Positions 9,849 to 18,943 of a DNA stretch of 64,000 bases are shown piece by piece. The notes under the pieces were generated by a model. It made no database searches, was not told where the DNA came from, and was given only the letters and a program-made list of their open reading frames with translations. The first letter of the stretch is position 1; every line of letters starts with the position of its first letter. The position numbers were made by a program, and so were the translations under genes. The DNA is from an uncultured Actinomycetes bacterium (GTDB lineage Bacteria > Actinomycetota > Coriobacteriia > Anaerosomatales > CAWKMJ01): assembly GCA_963850695.1 (NCBI GenBank), contig CAWKMJ010000001.1:931578-995577 (forward strand), written 5' to 3'.

Positions 9849-11347
9849 CGCTTGATCAGCCTCCTCGGGTCAAGAGCGAGGAGGATCTGGGCGAACAGGA
9901 CCATGACGGCGATGAACTCCAGTCTGCCCGCCCACATCTGGAACATGTAGACGAACTTGAGACCGACAGGCATCGAGGCAGAGGTCACACCGATCGAGAG
10001 TCCTGAGTTGGCGGTCGCTGAGACCGACTCGAACGCGGCCTGCGCAACGCCGTATCCATACGCTGCTCCAGCGACGCCGCCTACGAGGTATGTCGCGAGG
10101 TAGAGAAGGAAGATCGTCGTGACCGCACTGACCATTCCAGGCGTCAGGGTACGCTCACCGAGGTGCTGGTAGCGCACCATGACGACCGCACTCCTCGGCG
10201 AGAGCGACTGCTTGAGGCTGAGCAGCACGGACTTCCCAAGGATGCCTGCGCGCAGGGCTTTGATGCCGCCACCTGTCGAGGACATGGAGCCGCCTATTCC
10301 CATGGCCATGATGATGGCGAGCAGTCCGATACCCCCGAAGTCGTTGAGGAACTGACTCGGGTATATCGTCTGGTGACCAGCGCTCTGCCCGGCTATCACC
10401 TGGAAGACGCCTTTGCGGAAGACGCCGACGGCACCTCCGGACCACTCGGCATAGGTCATCCCCACCGCGACCAGCAAGATCATGAGGGTGGACACGAACG
10501 CCAGGACCCTGAGCTCCATGTTGCGGAAGAGCTCTCGCCGATCACCTCGCCAGACCATGGCGTGCAGGCCGAAGTTGATCGACCCGGCCATCATCAGGAC
10601 GAGGGCTGAGATCTCCATCATGTAGTTGTGGTAGTACATCAGGTTCATCCGCTGGGGCGCGAAGCCACCGGTGTCAAACGCCGCCACAGATATCCAGAAG
10701 GAGTGCAGAAGACCACGATCGAAGGGCATGCCGAGATAGAGCAGGATCGCGAACATGGCGAGCGTCCCGGTGATCACGTAGGCCCCCGTGACGGTCCAGA
10801 TGAAGCGGGCGGTGTGGATCACGTTGGGAAGGATGCGCTCGTCTCGGCCCTCGGCCATGTAGAGAGAGAAGGCGCCGGCCCTGAGCCCGACCGTCAGCGA
10901 TATGGCGGTCACGACGATACCTTGGCCGCCAAGGAACTGTGTGAGATGGCGCCACATGTTGTGGCTGAGCGCCAGGTGGTCCAAGTCAGCGACGACGGTG
11001 AGTCCCGAGACCGTGAATCCGCTGATAGCGTCGAACGCTGCGTCCAGGTAGGTGGGATAGTTGCCCGAGAGGGCGAGCGGCACGGCTGCTATGGCTGCCG
11101 CGGCCACCCAGCCAAACGCCGTGATCGAGAGCGCATGCATGTAGCCCACGCGCGCGCCCTTGGTCTGTGCGCTGACCATGAGCATCCCCACGGTGAACGC
11201 GACGCCCATCCCTGCAACGTAGTCGAGGGCCGCACTCCACTCACTGAAGACGAGTGCGGTGGCCAGCGGGACGAGCATGGTGATGCCGAGACCGACCACG
11301 AGCATGCCGGAGTAGTGGAGCACCACCCGGAAGTCCTGGAGACGCAT
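9845..11347 (-). CDS. trkH: TrkH/KtrB-family potassium uptake protein
   Basis: Start chosen at MRLQDFRVVLHY (ATG at 11347) within ORF 9845..11413. Polytopic protein with repeated pore-loop glycine signatures (FLGGQGIV, DTGGFA, STGGGIK, TANSGLS). Confidence 0.85.
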   Translation of the reverse strand: MRLQDFRVVLHYSGMLVVGLGITMLVPLATALVFSEWSAALDYVAGMGVAFTVGMLMVSAQTKGARVGYMHALSITAFGWVAAAAIAAVPLALSGNYPTYLDAAFDAISGFTVSGLTVVADLDHLALSHNMWRHLTQFLGGQGIVVTAISLTVGLRAGAFSLYMAEGRDERILPNVIHTARFIWTVTGAYVITGTLAMFAILLYLGMPFDRGLLHSFWISVAAFDTGGFAPQRMNLMYYHNYMMEISALVLMMAGSINFGLHAMVWRGDRRELFRNMELRVLAFVSTLMILLVAVGMTYAEWSGGAVGVFRKGVFQVIAGQSAGHQTIYPSQFLNDFGGIGLLAIIMAMGIGGSMSSTGGGIKALRAGILGKSVLLSLKQSLSPRSAVVMVRYQHLGERTLTPGMVSAVTTIFLLYLATYLVGGVAGAAYGYGVAQAAFESVSATANSGLSIGVTSASMPVGLKFVYMFQMWAGRLEFIAVMVLFAQILLALDPRRLIKR

Positions 11348-11635
11348 GCGGACCCACACGCTGCGCAGCCCCCTACAGAACCCACATGAGCACGAGGGCC
11401 AGGAGCCAGACAAGCAGGAGGAAGGCTCCGAAAGTGGCGAGCTCAGCCAGCAGACCGCTGAACCAGTGCTGGGAGGGGCTTGTGAACCAGTGTGTCTTCA
11501 AGCCAGCCTGTTCCGTCCGGGGGAAGGGCGGTTCGCACCGACAGCATACAGCAGAGCGGTGGGGTCAGGCACAGGCACGTGTCGCACAGAGCGAATCCCT
11601 GATCAGGACCGGATCTCGTCGACATCGCCGAACAT

Positions 11636-12541
11636 CTACCCCGGGGCGTTCAGCTCCTGGTTGAGCTCGTTCACGGCCTGCTCGAGGTCCTCGGCCGTCC
11701 GCATCGTGGTGGCGGTCGGAGTGCTCGTCGTGACGAAGTGCTGCGCGTAGGGGAAGCATGCCGCCTCGAACGGCCTCGGGTCGAGCATGTCGCCCCCGAA
11801 GGTGTTGGTGCACAGCGAGATGCCGTCGAGCGGAAGCTTGAGCGCTCGGGCCATCTCTCCCGGATCGAACACCAGACTGAAGGGCTTGGTGCACTGCTGC
11901 AGCTCACCGCCGTAGTCGACCGAGAGGTTGCCCTCCACCCACAAGCGCTGATCGAGATCGGCAAGCACGCCATCCTTGAGGTCGGCCACGAGCGCGATGC
12001 TGTTGTCAGACTTCTCACTCGCGACGTCGACGATGACCTCGCCTCGGTACGACGTCGTGACGACCGAATGCGCGGTACTCGGCCCGCTGAACCCTCGACT
12101 GGGGTCGTAGCTGTTCGTGTTGCTCTCGTACTCCTCGATGATCCAGGACAGAAGCCCCGTCTCGCAGTTCTCGGCAACCAGATAGAACTCCACACGGTTG
12201 CCCCAGAACACGTTGGTGTGGACGTTGAACGCGCCGAGGATCGCGCAGGGGCGCCCGGGCGTATCGCCGAACATGGCCGAGGGAAGCAGGCTGTAGCCGG
12301 GTGGCAGCAGCTTCTCGGCCGCCTCCGTATCGACGATCTCGAAGGAGAGGAAGACGCTGTAGGGCTCGACGACGAAGCTCATGTACGGGTTGTACTTGGC
12401 CCCCGTGTCGACGATGTAGCGCTGGAGTCCGAGCGGCAGTTTGCGCAGCGTCTCGGTGCGCTTGACCATAGATGCAACCTGAGCCGGCACGACCATCTTC
12501 TCGGTGGTCCTGATGTAGCGCCTGAGGTCCTCAGTCTTCAC
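11636..12541 (-). CDS. hypothetical protein (tentatively acetoacetate-decarboxylase/DUF2071-like fold)
   Basis: 301 aa, intact, cytoplasmic-looking. Only weak pattern similarity (..LLPPGYSLLP..VEFYLVAE..). Function not supported. Confidence 0.5.
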   Translation of the reverse strand: MKTEDLRRYIRTTEKMVVPAQVASMVKRTETLRKLPLGLQRYIVDTGAKYNPYMSFVVEPYSVFLSFEIVDTEAAEKLLPPGYSLLPSAMFGDTPGRPCAILGAFNVHTNVFWGNRVEFYLVAENCETGLLSWIIEEYESNTNSYDPSRGFSGPSTAHSVVTTSYRGEVIVDVASEKSDNSIALVADLKDGVLADLDQRLWVEGNLSVDYGGELQQCTKPFSLVFDPGEMARALKLPLDGISLCTNTFGGDMLDPRPFEAACFPYAQHFVTTSTPTATTMRTAEDLEQAVNELNQELNAPG

Positions 12542-12775
12542 GTCTACTCCTCGCGGTGTGCCTTCTCTGGCAGGATCCGATCATGCGACCCCGACAGCAT
12601 AGAGCAGGAGACCCCGGCGTTCCTGCAGAGGCCCCGAGAGTTGCTGGTGTGCGCTGTCGGAAGGTCTTGCGGTTCTCGCGAGCTGAGCGCTCACCCCGTG
12701 GCTGGCAGCTGAGTCACTGTCAGACCAGCCTCCGGGAACTCCCTCTGCAACCCTGACTGCGTAGGCCGTTCGCCT

Positions 12776-13312
12776 TCAGCCCTTCGGTGAAAGACGATAC
12801 CGCAACTCCACGATTCCGTCGGACCACGTTCTTGCAGACGTCGGTCGAAGCTTGGTTGTACTGTGCGGCGTCACCCAGAGCGGGATGCCATCCCCCAGCA
12901 GAATCGGCTGTATCGCAATCAGATACTCATCAACCAACCCCGCATCCGACAGAGAGGTTGCGAGTTGCCCGCCGCCGAAGAGCCAGATGGTGCCACCATC
13001 CTCGCGCTTCAATCGCTCGACGAAGGTCTCGGCTCGCTCGTCTACGAACGCAACGCCGGACATCGGGTCGAGGTCGTTGCCTGAAGTGAACACATAGACG
13101 CTCTTCCCCTCGAAGACATCGACTCCGCCGTCAAGAGCAAGGGACATCTCATACGTACCACGACCCATGATCAGAGTGTCGATCGTGTCCATCAGTTCGA
13201 GATAGTCGGAAGGGACCTCTTCCGAGGGTGGCAGCAGCCAATCGACACCCCCGCTCCGATCTGCGATGAACCCGTCGAGCGAGGTCGTGAGACAGAGCAA
13301 GACATCGCGCAT
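12776..13312 (-). CDS. dihydrofolate-reductase-family protein (RibD C-terminal domain type)
   Basis: 178 aa. Motifs LTTSLDGFIADRSGGVDWL...LIMGRGTYE...IWLFGGGQLATSL...DEYLIAIQPILLGDGIPLW are typical of this family. Confidence 0.8.
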   Translation of the reverse strand: MRDVLLCLTTSLDGFIADRSGGVDWLLPPSEEVPSDYLELMDTIDTLIMGRGTYEMSLALDGGVDVFEGKSVYVFTSGNDLDPMSGVAFVDERAETFVERLKREDGGTIWLFGGGQLATSLSDAGLVDEYLIAIQPILLGDGIPLWVTPHSTTKLRPTSARTWSDGIVELRYRLSPKG

Positions 13313-13370
13313 GGTCTCTCCTTCTGCGACGACAGTTCAGTCTACTGTGTTCCCAAAGCGGACCGAAAGC

Positions 13371-13995
13371 TCAGGGCCTAGGGCGCGAGGCTGAGCAGCT
13401 GCCACGTAAGAGTGCGCTCATCGCGATCGCATAGGCAACGAGTGCGTAGTACCAGTTGCCGCCGAACTTCGGCGTTCGGATCGGCGCCACGTTCAGCGCG
13501 GCGAGAACCATCATCAGCCCGAACAGCACGATCAGGAACACCGAGGAATCAAGCACGGGCTGGAATGCGAAGAACGCAACCAGAATGATCACGTTGTTGT
13601 CGAGCGCCAAACCCCGGTATGTCGAGCCATCCACCATGCCGATCGTGTTGAAGTAGGCAAGCCGAATGACCGCTGCCGCGAGGACGACGAACCCACCGAG
13701 CACGAATCCAGGTCGAAAGCCCCCTACTGAGAGCAGCAACACCATCGGAGCCACGCCGAAACTGATGACGTCGATGAGCGAATCCAGCTGCGCGCCGTAC
13801 TCACTCTGCTCCTCGGTTCGTCCGCTCATCTTGCGTGCGACGCGACCATCGAGCCAGTCGAACACGACCGCCCAGATGAGTCCGATCATCGCAGCGGGAA
13901 ACACGCCGAGAATGGCGTAGTAGATGCCGAGCCATCGCCGACCCGAGTCCCACAAGGGAGATGAGGTTCGGGAGGTCTTTGGCAAACCACAGCAT
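13371..13995 (-). pseudogene. CDP-alcohol phosphatidyltransferase (PssA-like), one frame break near 13930
   Basis: ATG at 13995 (MLWFAKDLPNLISLVGLG) in the frame of ORF 13801..14073, then ORF 13371..13985. Signature DWLDGRVARKMSGRTEEQSEYGAQLDSLIDVISFGVAP matches D(x)2DG(x)2AR..G(x)3D(x)3D. Confidence 0.75.
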
Positions 13996-14027
13996 GGAGT
14001 GCGGTTCCTTATTGAGCCTGTCCGCCA

Positions 14028-15961
14028 CTACGACTCGACCGCCGCGTCTATGCGCATGTGCGAGTGCCTTCACAAGCGCGCGGTTCTCTTCGTTTCGTGC
14101 GGCAGGCGACGCGAATGTAGCGGCACGAGTCAGGCATCGTCTTGCCGCCGCAATGCTTGATGTAGATGTTGTCCTCGACGAACAGGTGGCGTTCGATGTC
14201 GGGACCCGGACGCGCTCGCATCGGGCAAGCGACAGAAGATGAAGTTCGCATCGGGTTTGTACACGGTCAGACCCGGTACGGAGTGGAGATCCTCGTAGAA
14301 CGCGTCCCTGTCAGCGCGCACGGATCGCAGCTCTCCACGAAGTCCTGTCGGTAGTCGGGGGCGAGACGAAGGAACTCCTCGGCGAACCCGTTGAGGTTCC
14401 AGATGTGCAGGCCGTCGCGGAGGTCGCGTGACGAGCTTCTCGTTGGCCGAGAGGAGATATCCGATCCTCAGGCCGCAGATCCCGTAGGCCTTGCTCATGC
14501 TCTTGAGTACCGCGAGATTGCGGTAGTCGCCGATGACGCCCTCGAGAGACTGCGCGTGGGCGGCATCTGCGAAATCGATGAAGGACTCGTCGACGATCAG
14601 GGTGCAGTCGTGCCCCTCGAGCAGTTCGAGAAGGCGCAAGAGATCGCCGTGTGGCACAAGCAGCGAGGTCGGATTGTTGGGGCTGACGATGACTGCGATA
14701 GTCGGCGCCGCTGCTGATCGCCTCGGCGGCGAAGCGGTCGACGTCGAGCTCAAAGGACGGTGCGTCGAGAGCGAACTCGATGACGCTGCCGGCGGGGCAG
14801 CGTTGGCGTACTCATTGAACGACGGCACCGGGATGATCAGTCTCGAGGCCAGAGGACCGGAGAGTATCTTGATGATCTCGGCCGCCCCGTTGCCCACTAC
14901 GAGCCTCTCTGCAGGCTGTCCGATCAGCTTCCGACCAGATCTGCGAGAACGTTCTGCGCAACCGGGTAGTTGAGCACGAGGTCATGGATTCGGTCCGTGA
15001 ACAGCCTCGAAGAGCGACTCCGGCGGGAAGTAGAGATTGTAGAGGTATGCATGGTCGACGAAGCTGTGACGCCAGTAGCCGCCGTGCTCTGACTGAAGGG
15101 CTTCGTATTCCGCGTTCCGCGTGGCGCGCATATCTTCGATAGGAATCGCCGCTCACCCGGCGACCCCTGCTGCCGCCTCGAACGCTTCACAGCTTCAGCT
15201 GCCTCCGAGTATCGAGGAAACATGATTTCGGCTGCGGCCAGATCCTCAAGCGTGTCTATCTCGTACCAGCTGTCAGCGTCGAAGAGTACGGGCTCAAGGG
15301 TGAGGGAGCCGTCGGCAACCATCTCGGCGAATACCGACTCGTAGTAGTCTCCGGTGCGTTTGGCAGCGATGTAGGTATCGAGACGGTCGGAAATCGTGCG
15401 CCAGGTGCTGCGCGAGAAGCTGTAGATGTTGACGGTCTTGTAGTGAGTCGCATCGGGGCGGCTCATCTCGCCCAGGCAGAATGCGCTCACACCATTCTCG
15501 GCGCCGAACGTGACGGTTGTCCCGTTCATCCAGGGCAGCTGACGGGAGACGGCCATCCGGTCGGGTTTGAGCATCCCCTCGAGCAGCGACCCGTCGAACA
15601 CGAGATCGCTTTCGATCAGCAGCACCGGCTCATCGATCGTCTTGCGCGCAAGCCAGAGGCTGTAGATGTTGTTGGTCGTTCGATAGCAGGAACTCGTGAC
15701 GTAGCTGATCTCGATGTTCCCCGCGCGGTCGCCCAGGTAGTCCTGGATCGACGCCGACTCATGGCCAAGCACGACCACCAGACGAGTGAAACCATTGTCG
15801 CCCAGAGTCCGCAGCAAGCGCTCGAGAATCGTGATTCCGCTCACACCGACAAGGCACTTGGCCGTATCGTCAGTGAGTGGGGCAAGCCGGCTGCCCATGC
15901 CGGCGGCAAGCAGTAGTGCTGTTGTGGGTTGGTCTTCTCGTGCGTCGGAAAGAGTACGCAT
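14028..15961 (-). pseudogene. fusion of a LicC-like nucleotidyl(cytidylyl)transferase and a class I/II PLP aminotransferase/decarboxylase (HisC/CobD-like); several frame breaks
   Basis: ATG at 15961 (MRTLSDARED..ALLLAAGMGSRLAPLT..NNIYSLW..WYEIDTLEDL) gives the NTP-transferase domain in ORF 14924..16105. The aminotransferase half comes from 14812.., 14130..14897 and 14048..14251 (VVGNGAAEIIKIL.., VSPNNPT.., LIVDESFIDF.., PLP-lysine motif LKSMSKAYGICGLRIGYLL). The 3' end is uncertain; TAG at 14028-30 in an alternate frame was chosen. Confidence 0.65.
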
Positions 15962-16430
15962 TGGCAGCTCCAGATCGTCGTGGTCGCGACCGCGACACCC
16001 CTTGGTGCAGCGGTCGAACCAGTGCACACGCAAAGGGCACCTGGCACCTTGACGATGGAAAGGCCGACGCTGCGTCGATCCATCAAGTCGAACGGTGATC
16101 CTCATCCATGTGGTACGCCTCTACCGAAGCGAGAATATGCTGGTAGATGCAGAGAGTTCGTCGAGCCACCGGAGAGGTGAGAGAGGGGCAACCAGACTCT
16201 GGTTGGAGCGCCGCTGGTGCGGCGCAGTAGGCTCTCTACTATAGGGTACGCTGGTGCCACAGGCGAATCTTTGCCCTCGCCAAGGGTCTCTCCCCAGGAG
16301 TAGACTTCGAGTCCGTCCTACGCGGGAGACAGGGGCATATGGAACTCTCGAGGGCTACAGACTACGTAGGCGATGCAGGGAATGCCGAGCCCGTTCACAC
16401 GCATCGCGGAAGCCGGTCAACTTTCGAACA

Positions 16431-16462
16431 ACAAAGGCCCCGAACCCTTAGGTTCGAGACCT
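16431..16462 (-). terminator. intrinsic terminator downstream of the CPBP gene
   Basis: On the minus strand: ggtctCGAACCtaagGGTTCGgggcc followed by TTTGTTGTT. Confidence 0.55.
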
Positions 16463-16507
16463 GTCGTGTTGGTGGGCCATAGTGGTCGTCTTTCGAACAC
16501 CTGAAGG

Positions 16508-17342
16508 TTAGACCGCTCTGTCCGCGCCCCTAGGCAGGTCGTCTGTCGAAAGCCTCGCAGGCCCCCAGTGCCACACAATGATCGCCGCGAGAGCCAGCAG
16601 GAGCCCGAAGTCCATCCAGCGCCCGAGGTCACTGACCCAGAACGGGATAGCCGCTGCGGCTGCGTTTAGTAGACGCATGGAACAGTCCGGCGACTAGAAT
16701 GCTGCCACCCGTGTTGTTGTACAGCCATGTGTAGAAGACAGATAGGACCATCGTCTGCAGGATGAACTGGTACATTGGAATTGCGGCCTGGGTCGTGCCT
16801 TCGATGTAGAAGAGCGGGAGGTGCCACAGCGCCCAAATCAAGCCGAGGGCGAGGCTTGCGCCCAACGCGGTGCCGCTCTGCTGAAGTCGGTCAAGGGCGT
16901 ATCCTCGCCAACCGTACTCTTCCGGCATTGCGTTGAGGAAGAAGATCATCAGAAACACCGGGACGATCGCGGCTGCCGACACCCCGTACTCCCAGGAGAA
17001 CGTCCCGTTGATGGTTAGGATGAATGCTGCGGTGGCAAGTCCGGTGACCGGCCCCAGCAGCAGCGCTGGGACAAGCCACTTCTTCGGGAAGTCGAGTCGC
17101 CAACCGCGCAGCCAGAGCGTCTTTGCACCGGATCTTCCCGAGCGGCGCCATGTCAGCCAGAAGGCCGCCACCGCCGGGCCGAAGGGAGCAAACATCCCAG
17201 GCAACCCGACTATCTCAGGAAGGTCCGGAAACCCGTTGTATCTCAGCACTTGTGGTGCCCACAGTAGCCAGGAGAACACGTACGTGATTCCAATGAACTG
17301 GAGTAGCTCTCGCTTCGGTTCCGATGCCACTCGATCCATCAA
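16508..17342 (-). pseudogene. CPBP-family intramembrane glutamic endopeptidase (CAAX protease/Abi); one frame break near 16665
   Basis: ORF 16629..17342 carries EEYGWRGY and ends ..FHASTK. Deleting one A of the AAA run restores FHASTNAAAAAIPFWVSDLGRWMDFGLLLALAAIIVW.. with a TAA at 16508-10. This is the clearest local example of a homopolymer indel. Confidence 0.8.
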
Positions 17343-17402
17343 TGTAGTCCTCCTGCAGCTTGAAGGCTGTCCTTCCAGCGTGGTGGCGCACGAGCTGTAC
17401 CG

Positions 17403-18279
17403 TCACGAGCGCACTGTGAGGGCAGCCAGTATCTCCTCGATATGGTTGTTGATCGTTGAGAAGTGGGCGCCGTCATCTACAACGTGCAGGGTGCTTGAAG
17501 CCAGCGTGCGTGCGAAATACTCGCCCATAGCCAAGGGCACCTGGACGTCGTAGCGCCCGTACCACAGCGCAACAGGGAAGGCGATCTCCTGCAGGGAGAA
17601 TCCCCAATCGTGCACGTAGAGCGACCATTCGTAGGCATCACCCTCAACGCCGTTCGCATGGGCCTCCTGCGCATCGCGCGCAAAGATGTCGAGTATCTCG
17701 GGGCGCTCTGTGAGAAGCTCGATATCAGGCTGGGGAAGTCGGGTGAGCATCTGGGACCGCATGCGCTCCGAGATTCGAGTAGAATCCCGCCATCTGTCCC
17801 AACAGAAATCGGTTCAGAGGTGGGACTCGAAGGGCGGACCAGTGGATGAGGCGGACTGGAGGCCACATGCCCCTCGTTGTCCCACGCGCGTCAGGAGGCG
17901 TAACGCCACTGACTACGGCTACGCCCGCCACACGTTCTGGCGCTCGATAGGCCATGGCGAGGGCGTGAGGACCGCCGCCTGACAGGCCGAAGACGCCGGC
18001 ACGGTCGACGCCGAGGGCGTCCATCAAGGCGACCACGTCATCAGACGTGGAGAGCAGCGAGCGGCGCGGATCGAAGTCGGATTGCCCGAAACCGGGGCGG
18101 TCTGGCGCGATGATCCGAATGCCGATCTCGCGCGCCGCAGTGTCGAACCACGCGGCCTCGAGGCGCGAGCCGTTTCCGCCGTGGAAGTAGACGACCGGCG
18201 ATCCCGTGGGCTCGCCGTACTCGGCCCACGAAATGCGACGGCCATCAGAGAGGCGAGTGCTTTCCGGTTGCCTCGGCAT
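17403..18279 (-). pseudogene. alpha/beta-fold hydrolase; one frame break near 17760
   Basis: ATG at 18279 (MPRQPESTRLSDGRRISWAEYG..VVYFHGGNGSRL..GVFGLSGGGPHAL) in ORF 17725..18582, continuing in ORF 17403..17762 (..DDGAHFS..). The longer ORF start would overlap tRNA-Val. Confidence 0.75.
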
Positions 18280-18476
18280 CCCGAGTGCTCCTTGTGATAT
18301 GTCCAAGAGTGGCTCTACAGTCCGCGTAGCCCTACGACCAACATACCCATGCTCACTCAGCAGCCATATGGCTTCATCACGCGGCAGCACCACTGTTGCT
18401 CCACTCGAGGGGGCAACGTCTACCCATCGGCATATGCGGAGAGGCCCCGGCATTCCTGCCGAGGCCTCGAAGTTGC

Positions 18477-18551
18477 TGGTGGGCGATACTGGATTTGAAC
18501 CAGTGACTTCTTCCTTGTAAGGGAAGCACTCTCCCGCTGAGTTAATCGCCC
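18477..18551 (-). tRNA. tRNA-Val (anticodon TAC), CCA encoded
   Basis: Hand-folded cloverleaf. Acceptor GGGCGAT/ATCGCCC, D stem ACTC/GAGT, anticodon stem CTTCC/GGAAG with loop CTTACAA, T arm ACTGG-TTCAAAT-CCAGT, then A-CCA. Confidence 0.9.
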
Positions 18552-18684
18552 GTATGGGAACAGGCATGCGCCTGAAGAGCAACTAGCCAAGCGCCCGGGC
18601 ACCGCTGAGCGGGAGGAACATGAGTCCTGCTTGGGCGAACGCCCGAGTGAGCGGCCGCGAGCACGACCATTCGAGCACGAGAAA

Positions 18685-18704
18685 GGCCGCCCAGCTGGGC
18701 GGCC
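18685..18704 (-). terminator. GC hairpin terminator after tRNA-Glu(CTC)
   Basis: GGCCGCCC-agct-GGGCGGCC is a perfect 8-bp stem. It is followed on the minus strand by TTTCT. Confidence 0.55.
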
Positions 18705-18716
18705 TCGGTGTCATGT

Positions 18717-18792
18717 TGGTGCCCCCACGGGAATTCGAATCCCGGTCTCCGCCTTGAGAGGGCGGTGTCCTTGGCCACTAGACGATGGGGGC
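18717..18792 (-). tRNA. tRNA-Glu (anticodon CTC), CCA encoded
   Basis: Acceptor GCCCCCA/TGGGGGC, GTCTAGTGGCCAAGGAC D region, anticodon stem CCGCC/GGCGG with loop CTCTCAA, T arm with TTCGAAT, then A-CCA. Confidence 0.9.
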
Positions 18793-18943
18793 GGCCGCGA
18801 TAGTGTCTAACAATCCAGTGTACAAATCAAGCGTCAGACGCGCGGCACGACCGTGACTAGAGAGCGGCGTGCCAGGGGCGACAGCCGTCGGGCGCCCTCC
18901 GCCCGTTCCTCGCAAACGGCTACATGATGCCGGAGGCCGCACG

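Noticed and set aside
11348-11636. c-di-AMP (ydaO/kimA-type) riboswitch upstream of trkH
   Set aside because: The context is plausible (K+ transporter leader). However, I could not find the conserved elements (..GGGGA..CCCGAAxCCGxCAGCUAACCUCGUA..) on the minus strand. Only an Infernal scan could settle it.
13801-14073. In-frame read-through from the aminotransferase C-terminus into the phosphatidyltransferase, which would make a trifunctional fusion
   Set aside because: An alternate-frame TAG (14028-30) gives a normal aminotransferase end, and the PssA-like consensus begins at its own ATG (13995). Given the indel density, a fusion is the less parsimonious reading. It is not excluded.
16285-16340. 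tRNA/tmRNA-like T-arm (..GTAGACTTCGAGTCCGTCC..)
   Set aside because: The TTCGAGTCC string resembles a T loop, but the flanking bases cannot form a 5-bp T stem. No acceptor or anticodon arms can be drawn on either strand.
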